64,000 nt of DNA from an uncultured Ignavibacteria bacterium. Its GTDB lineage: Bacteria > Bacteroidota > Ignavibacteria > Tepidaquicellales > Tepidaquicellaceae. Of the stretch, positions 58,233 through 64,000 are shown piece after piece. Made by a program: the position numbers and the translations under genes. How positions within the stretch are numbered: the first letter of the stretch is position 1; each line of letters begins with the position of its first letter. Under the pieces are notes generated by a model. It saw only the letters and a list, made by a program, of their open reading frames with translations, was not told the DNA's origin and made no database searches. The DNA is taken from assembly GCA_963806045.1 (NCBI GenBank), contig CAWDWP010000018.1, positions 2,068-66,067 of the forward strand, given 5' to 3'.

Positions 58233-58254
58233 TTCTAAAGGGGAATTACCTTCT

Positions 58255-58755
58255 GTGAACATTCAATACAAAAAAGAACCGAAATTAAGCATTATTATTA
58301 GTAATAAAGATAAATTTCCGTCAGATTGTAATATTAATAAACAAAAAGTTGTTAAGCTAATTGAGAGAATAACGGAGGAAGAAAATCAAAATATAAAGAA
58401 TTTTAACATTTTACTTTGCGGAGATGAAGAAATATTCAGTTATAATATGAAATATCTTTCCCATAATTATTATACTGATATAATTACTTTTTATTATCCC
58501 GAAAAAGGTTATATTGACGCCGATGTTTTAATTTCGGTAGATTCTGTAAAGAGAAATTCCGGAAAATATAAAACAGGCTTTGAGTCAGAATTATATCGGG
58601 TCATAATACATGGTATTCTTCATTTATGCGGTTATGATGATAAAACGACAAAGCAAAAAATTTTAATGCGGAAAAAAGAAAATGAGTATTTGAAATTGGT
58701 TAAGGAAAAGAAAAAAAACATTAATATGAAAAGTAAAAGTCTAAAAAGAGTTTAG
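58255..58755 (+). CDS. ybeY: rRNA maturation endoribonuclease YbeY
   Basis: It has the zinc motif 'HGILHLCGYDD'. I preferred the GTG start at 58255, which has 'aaagggga' upstream. The ORF-track start at 58201 overlaps the previous ORF. Confidence 0.85.
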   Translation: MNIQYKKEPKLSIIISNKDKFPSDCNINKQKVVKLIERITEEENQNIKNFNILLCGDEEIFSYNMKYLSHNYYTDIITFYYPEKGYIDADVLISVDSVKRNSGKYKTGFESELYRVIIHGILHLCGYDDKTTKQKILMRKKENEYLKLVKEKKKNINMKSKSLKRV

Positions 58756-58779
58756 AAATTAATTTAATAACATTTATTG

Positions 58780-61107
58780 ATGAGCAAGTATTTAGTAATA
58801 GTAGAGTCACCGTCCAAGTCAAAAACGATAAAAAAATACCTGGGAAAAGATTATGTAGTTGAAGCCACAGTAGGGCATATTAAGAATCTCCCAAAGAGTA
58901 AGATAAGCGTTGATTTTGAAAAAGATTTTGAACCTGTATATGAAATAATAGAGGGAAAACAAAAGGTTTTATCCGTAATTCAAAAAGCTGCTAAGAATGC
59001 AGAAAAAGTTTATGTAGCGACTGACCCGGACCGCGAAGGGGAAGCAATTGGAGCTGATATCGCTGATGAAATCAAAGCGATTAATCCTAATATATACCGG
59101 GTTCTTTTTAATGAAATTACGAAAACAGGTGTGGAAAATGCAATGACACACCTCAGAAAAATTGACTATCATCTGGTTGAATCTCAAACCGCGAGAAGAG
59201 TTATGGACAGGATTCTTGGATATAAACTCAGTCCGTTTTTGTGGAAAGTGCTGTATTACGGTCTTTCTGCCGGACGTGTTCAATCAGTAGCTCTAAAATT
59301 AATCTGTGAACGTGAAGAAGAAATAGTAAAATTCATAGCAAAAGAGTACTGGTCTATTCACGGTACATTTGTTAAAACATCTGCAAATTCGAGATCATTT
59401 AATGCTAAACTTTTTAAAATAGATGGTGATACGCTTAAATTTAACGGAGAAAATCCGTGTATAAATAATATTGATGAAGCTCACAAAATCACAGAAGAGC
59501 TTAAAAAATGTAAATTTAAGATCAGCGATATAATTGTAAAAGATGTTAAGCGAAATCCTCCGGTACCGTTTATCACCAGCAGTTTACAGCAGTTCGCATC
59601 CTCTAAGCTCGGTTTTGCACCTAAAAGAACAATGTCTTTAGCTCAAAAGCTATATGAAGGTGTCGAGATTAATAAAGGTGAAGGAAATATTGGTCTCATA
59701 ACATATATGAGAACTGATTCAACAAGAATTAGTGCTGAAGCAAAAGATGCTGCTGCAGATTTCATAAAGAAGAATTTTGGTCAGGAATATCTGTCTGATA
59801 TTAATAAAAAATCCGTTAATAAGAAGGCAAACGTTCAGGATGCACACGAAGCTATCAGACCAACTGACGTTTTCATTAAACCTGAAGACCTTAAAAAACT
59901 TGATAAGGATTTGATATCGCTCTACACTTTGATATGGAATCGTTTCCTGGCGTCTCAGATGGCACCTGCAGTTATGATTCAAAAAACCGTAATAATTGAT
60001 TCCATTAATCTTGGGATGAGTCAGAAAAGGTATTATTTCAGGGCAACAGGTACTGAAATCAAATTCAGTGGTTATTTGAAAATATTCGAGGATTTGAATG
60101 AAGAGAATGGTAAGGATGAGGATGAAGATAATCCGTTATTGCCTCTTGACTTATTAAAGGGTGATGAACTTAAGAATATTAGTATGAGCAAGGATCAGCA
60201 TTTTACTAATCCTCCTCCCAGATATACAGAAAGTAGTCTGATAAAACAACTGGACGCTCTCGGTATAGGAAGACCAAGTACATTTGCATTTATTGTTTCA
60301 ACAGTTATTGACAGAAAATATGTAGACTTGATAGAGAGAAGGCTTTTTGCAACTGATTTAGGAATTGCTGTATATAAAATTCTTGCTAAACATTTTTCTG
60401 ATGTAATTGATTATAAATTTACTGCAAGAATGGAAGAAGAACTTGATACTATAGCAAATAATGAAGCAACATATCTTCAGGTTTTAAATGATTTTTATGA
60501 ACCATTTAATAAAGACCTTTTAGCAGCGGAGAAACTTGTTAAAGGAATTAAGCAGGATTTAATTGAAAGAACAGAAATTGATTGTCCGGAATGTGGAAAA
60601 GAAACAGGGGCTAAAATGATAAAAAAATGGAGCAGAAACGGATTATTTCTTTCCTGTGAGAGATATCCAAAATGCCATGCAGCGATGCCATTAATAAAAG
60701 ATAATGATAACGAGATAATCACTGATCATACAACTAACATGAAATGTGAAAAATGCGGAGCAGCTATGATATTGCGGGTCGGTAAATTTGGCAAATTTTA
60801 TGGATGTTCAAATTATCCAAAGTGCAATGGAGTTAAGCCATTCACACTTGGAATTAAATGTCCTAAGTGCAATGAAGGTGAAATTATAGAAAGAAAAGGC
60901 GGAAGAGCCAAAAGAACATTTTACGGGTGTTCCAGTTATCCGAAATGCGATTTTATATCAAATTACGAACCTGTGATTCAGGAATGTGAACAATGTAAGA
61001 ATAATTATCTGGTTAAAAAGATAAGTAAAAAAGATGGAAATTATCTTGAATGCCCTTCCTGTAAATCAAAGGTTTTAGAAGTTATAGAAGAACAAACACA
61101 AACTTAA
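58780..61107 (+). CDS. topA: DNA topoisomerase I with multiple C-terminal Zn-ribbon (CxxC) modules
   Basis: 'LVIVESPSKSKTIKKYLG', 'TDPDREGEAI' and 'ITYMRTDS' (catalytic Tyr) are present, followed by four CxxC...CxxC fingers. Confidence 0.95.
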   Translation: MSKYLVIVESPSKSKTIKKYLGKDYVVEATVGHIKNLPKSKISVDFEKDFEPVYEIIEGKQKVLSVIQKAAKNAEKVYVATDPDREGEAIGADIADEIKAINPNIYRVLFNEITKTGVENAMTHLRKIDYHLVESQTARRVMDRILGYKLSPFLWKVLYYGLSAGRVQSVALKLICEREEEIVKFIAKEYWSIHGTFVKTSANSRSFNAKLFKIDGDTLKFNGENPCINNIDEAHKITEELKKCKFKISDIIVKDVKRNPPVPFITSSLQQFASSKLGFAPKRTMSLAQKLYEGVEINKGEGNIGLITYMRTDSTRISAEAKDAAADFIKKNFGQEYLSDINKKSVNKKANVQDAHEAIRPTDVFIKPEDLKKLDKDLISLYTLIWNRFLASQMAPAVMIQKTVIIDSINLGMSQKRYYFRATGTEIKFSGYLKIFEDLNEENGKDEDEDNPLLPLDLLKGDELKNISMSKDQHFTNPPPRYTESSLIKQLDALGIGRPSTFAFIVSTVIDRKYVDLIERRLFATDLGIAVYKILAKHFSDVIDYKFTARMEEELDTIANNEATYLQVLNDFYEPFNKDLLAAEKLVKGIKQDLIERTEIDCPECGKETGAKMIKKWSRNGLFLSCERYPKCHAAMPLIKDNDNEIITDHTTNMKCEKCGAAMILRVGKFGKFYGCSNYPKCNGVKPFTLGIKCPKCNEGEIIERKGGRAKRTFYGCSSYPKCDFISNYEPVIQECEQCKNNYLVKKISKKDGNYLECPSCKSKVLEVIEEQTQT

Positions 61108-61113
61108 TTAACT

Positions 61114-62076
61114 TTGAAAAAACTTTTCAAAGATTATTCTGAAGAGTATTTAAACTATATAAAAGTTTCGAAAAACTATTCCGAACACACCGTTATTTCT
61201 TATAGGAATGATCTCAATCAATTGGAACAGTTTTTTTGTCTTTCGATAAATGGGCTAAAGGATAATTCGAATACGGAATTTTCAATTGACTTAAATCATA
61301 TCGATGTTAATATTCTAAAGTCATTCATATCAGAGTTATTTGACCGTTCCAATAAAATAAACAAAAGACCGAAAAATTTCAGAAGAGATTACTCCACAAA
61401 ATCCATCTCAAGGAAAATATCGACAGTTAAAGCTTTTTTTAAATATCTGAAACGAAAAAAATACATTGATAAAAATCCCGCATCGGCTTTGATTTTCCCG
61501 AAACAAAAGAAGAAAATTCCATATTTCTTTTCTCAAAATGAAATTACCAAACTTCTCGATGATAGAAACTTTATTGACCTCAAAATACTGGATAAAGCTG
61601 TAATTGAGCTATTTTATAGCACCGGAATGAGACTATCTGAATTAATAAATCTTATGATAAATGATGTAAATTTTGATAATAAAACTGTAAAAGTTACAGG
61701 AAAAGGAAATAAGATAAGGATAATCCCTTTTGGAAAAAAAGCCGAAACAGCTTTGAATAACTATTTTCAGATAAGAGATATATGCAATATCAAAAAATCC
61801 GATTTTCTTTTCCTTAACAAAAAAGGAAATAAACTCTATCCCATGAATGTATACAGACAGATAACCCAAAATCTTTCAAAGGTATCAGAATCTAAAAAGA
61901 AATCCCCCCATATATTGCGGCATTCATTCGCAACACATCTGCTCGACAACGGAGCAGATATCAGAGCTGTCAAAGATTTACTCGGTCACGAAAGCCTGTC
62001 AACAACACAATTATACACACATATTACGCCGGAAAAACTTAAGAAAATTTACAAACAAGCTCACCCAAAGGCATAA
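61114..62076 (+). CDS. Tyrosine recombinase XerC/XerD family
   Basis: It has an N-terminal SAM-like domain, 'GMRLSEL', and 'HILRHSFATHLLDNGADIRAVKDLLGHESLSTTQLYTH'. The start codon is TTG. Confidence 0.9.
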   Translation: MKKLFKDYSEEYLNYIKVSKNYSEHTVISYRNDLNQLEQFFCLSINGLKDNSNTEFSIDLNHIDVNILKSFISELFDRSNKINKRPKNFRRDYSTKSISRKISTVKAFFKYLKRKKYIDKNPASALIFPKQKKKIPYFFSQNEITKLLDDRNFIDLKILDKAVIELFYSTGMRLSELINLMINDVNFDNKTVKVTGKGNKIRIIPFGKKAETALNNYFQIRDICNIKKSDFLFLNKKGNKLYPMNVYRQITQNLSKVSESKKKSPHILRHSFATHLLDNGADIRAVKDLLGHESLSTTQLYTHITPEKLKKIYKQAHPKA

Positions 62077-62229
62077 ATTTTAATACGATTTTATTTACTT
62101 GAAACTATAAATTAACTCTGATATTTTATCATTGAAATCAAAAATTGCTTCATTTGATTTTAAAATCACGAGAGGTTAAAAATAAACTACTTATAAAGTG
62201 GGAATTCAGAAAATAAAAGATTCTTCATT

Positions 62230-62931
62230 ATGAAAATTAAATTTTTATTAGTTTATTCATTTCTGGTATTATTTCTTTTGACATCAAACATCTCTTTTTC
62301 TCAGGACACAACATTTATAGTATTTCCAAATGAAAGTGCACTAAAAAAGGGAAATTATGCCTTGGTGTTTGAACTCGGAACCATTTTTGGTTATTCTAAC
62401 TTTTTCGAAGCTTATACATTAACGATAAAAAATCATTTATCCGATAATATTGCTGTTAGATTGAGTTTTGGAATTAAATATTCAAAGTATAGTGGAAATG
62501 AGCAAGTTACAAAAGATCAAGAAATAATATCAACTAGTGGATTTAATAGTCCTTATTATTCATTTCAGTCATCCTTAAATTTGCAATATTTTCCTACTAT
62601 CAAAACTTTTATAAAACCATTCATCTCGCTGGGTCCTTATGCAGAATACTATCTTAATGAATCATCTAACTTATCTCACAAATATCGGATTATCAAAAAG
62701 TCGAAAGTTGGAGTGTTGGGTTATTTAGTTCATTTGGATTGGAAATATTTCCATTTAAAAATATAAGCTTTATTGGAGAATATATACTTAAAGCTACTTG
62801 GGGAAAAGTCATTAAATAAAAGAATTACTAAAGATCCTTATTGTAATAAAACTGAGGAAACTTATAATTACTCAACTAAATATAATTTTCAAATGAACAC
62901 TGCACGAATGGGATTTTCCGTATATTTCTAA
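62230..62931 (+). pseudogene. Small outer-membrane beta-barrel protein, reading frame disrupted
   Basis: The signal peptide ('...NISFSQD') and the typical OMP terminus ('ARMGFSVYF*', stop 62929-62931) are in the same frame (702 nt). That frame has a TAA at 62764-62766. A beta-strand-like stretch, 'SWSVGLFSSFGLEIFPFKNISFIGEYILKATWG', is encoded in another frame between ~62690 and ~62815. Confidence 0.6.
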
Positions 62932-63110
62932 GATTTACATATTATATTTTGAATTTTTATTAGTGTTTATAATTTCTATTTTTGAATAAATAAACGCTAT
63001 ATCACTTTCCTCGATAGAAAGACTATATACGTTAAATCTTTGTAAATATTAAAATGTTGAACGCTTCATATCCGGAGATATGTGACGTAAGATAACACTT
63101 GGAGAACAGA

Positions 63111-64000
63111 ATGGAATTTAAAGAAAAAATCATTTCTAACGCAAAAAAACATTTTAAAAGAATTGTCCTTCCCGAATCCTTAGAAGAAAGAACAATTAAA
63201 GCAGCTGATGAGTTAATTAAGAATCAAATTGCTCATATTACCCTAATCGGAGAATCTTCTGAAATTCTTAATTTTGCAAATAAAAACGGATTGAAAAATA
63301 TTGAAAAAGCTAAAATAATCAATCCGGCAAAATTTGAAAAGAAAGAGGAATATGCAATAAAAATGGCAGAGATGAGAAAAAGTAAAGGTCTCACAAAAGA
63401 TGATGCTTTTAAATTACTTGATAATCCGCTTTATCTTGCGACACTTCTTATTAAATTCGGAGAAGCAGATGGCGAAGTAGCGGGAGCAATGAACTCGACA
63501 GGTGATGTTTTGAGACCTGCATTTCAGTTCGTAAAAACTCTTCCAGGAATTAGTGTAGTATCTGGTGTATTTTTTATGCTTTTAAAAGATGAGGATTTCG
63601 GCGAAAATGGAATATTGGTTTTTGCAGATTGTGCAGTCCATCCGAATCCGACTGATAAAGAGCTTGCTGATATCGCGGTATGCACTGCTAAAACGACCCG
63701 TGCGATAGGAGGGTTCGAACCCCGAATCGCTATGCTGAGTTTTTCAACGAAAGGAAGTGCAAAACATGAAATGTGCGATAAAGTTATAAGTGCAACCAAA
63801 ATCGCAAAGGAGATGGCTCCGGATTTGAATATTGATGGTGAACTGCAAGCAGATGCGGCAATCATCGAATCTATAGGTAAGAAAAAATGTCCTGACAGTA
63901 AAATTGCAGGCAGAGCAAATGTTTTAATATTTCCTGATTTGCAATCCGGAAATATTAGTTACAAATTAGTTCAGAGACTCGCCGGTGCAGAAGCAATAGG
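63111..64000 (+). CDS. pta: Phosphate acetyltransferase (3' end outside the window)
   Basis: The ATG at 63111 follows 'ggaga'. 'RIVLPES.EERTIKAA', 'GAMNSTGDVLRPA', 'FADCAVHPNP', 'AMLSFSTKGSA' and 'GELQADAA' are present. The frame stays open to the window end and is absent from the ORF track for that reason. Confidence 0.9.
   Translation, partial: MEFKEKIISNAKKHFKRIVLPESLEERTIKAADELIKNQIAHITLIGESSEILNFANKNGLKNIEKAKIINPAKFEKKEEYAIKMAEMRKSKGLTKDDAFKLLDNPLYLATLLIKFGEADGEVAGAMNSTGDVLRPAFQFVKTLPGISVVSGVFFMLLKDEDFGENGILVFADCAVHPNPTDKELADIAVCTAKTTRAIGGFEPRIAMLSFSTKGSAKHEMCDKVISATKIAKEMAPDLNIDGELQADAAIIESIGKKKCPDSKIAGRANVLIFPDLQSGNISYKLVQRLAGAEAI

Noticed and set aside
61114-62076. The tyrosine recombinase as a marker of an integrated mobile element.
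   Set aside because: It has XerC/XerD-type architecture next to topA. It has no flanking tRNA, direct repeats, phage or conjugation genes, or compositional island. It is most likely the housekeeping chromosome-dimer resolvase.
62140-62170. A weak AT-only hairpin (aaatcaaa...tttgattt) after the recombinase gene, as a possible terminator.
   Set aside because: The stem is only 8 bp and all A/T, with no clear U-tract, so it is indistinguishable from chance in this AT-rich DNA.
63711-63725. A tRNA T-arm-like string, 'gggttcgaacccc'.
   Set aside because: It lies inside the pta reading frame, and no acceptor, D or anticodon arms can be folded around it.
63524-63865. A 113-aa minus-strand ORF near the window end.
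   Set aside because: It is antisense to the clearly recognisable pta gene (63111 to the window end). pta is missing from the ORF track only because it has no stop inside the window.

Overview
This is a low-GC chromosomal segment, about one-third G+C by eye. It probably comes from an FCB-superphylum bacterium (Bacteroidota/Ignavibacteriota-like): two secreted proteins end in T9SS-type C-terminal sorting domains ('YQNYPNPFNP...'), and lipoproteins and TTG starts are frequent. I can support about 65 protein-coding genes, one cobalamin riboswitch and several intrinsic terminators. I saw no rRNA, tRNA, CRISPR array, transposase or prophage.

Gene content, in order:
- A 2-oxoacid:ferredoxin oxidoreductase alpha/beta/gamma set, with the beta subunit frameshifted, followed by ilvE.
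- The conserved ffh-rpsP-KH-rimM-trmD-rplS operon, with rplS frameshifted.
- rnhB and yraN, then hemW.
- A cluster of an ICDH/IPMDH-family dehydrogenase, mscL, an HMG-CoA-lyase-like protein, a family III CoA-transferase and LeuC/LeuD-like proteins.
- lepB and lepA, then a histone-H1-like gene and sdhCD.
- terC, an SDR and an acyl-CoA mutase large subunit.
- fabG, a Cys-rich ORF and fabD, then pgsA-pgpA-cinA.
- Two T9SS beta-propeller cargo proteins.
- queD and a TrmH-family gene, then a TolC-MFP-MacB-type efflux operon.
- truA and argS.
- A divergent pair of a serine-palmitoyltransferase-like gene and an SDR.
- A B12 riboswitch followed by btuB, cobO, a propeller lipoprotein, a JAB protein, an E2-like protein and an LbH protein.
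- ybeY, topA and xerC/D, a disrupted outer-membrane beta-barrel gene, and a partial pta.

Most interesting findings:
1. A translationally coupled pair of a membrane-anchored JAB/MPN+ protease and a eukaryote-like UBC/E2 protein. No E1 or ubiquitin-like gene is nearby, and the pair sits at the end of an apparently B12-riboswitch-led gene string.
2. A 2-oxoacid-elongation-like cluster in which the usual synthase seems to be replaced by an acyl-CoA lyase plus a CoA-transferase.
3. Sphingolipid-type genes: an SPT-like synthase, a CerR-like SDR and an SMS/IPC-synthase-like PAP2 protein.
4. Single-nucleotide frame disruptions in conserved genes. The one in rplS lies on a CCC-AGG-A motif.

All functional calls come from reading the translations and motifs. 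No database search was run.
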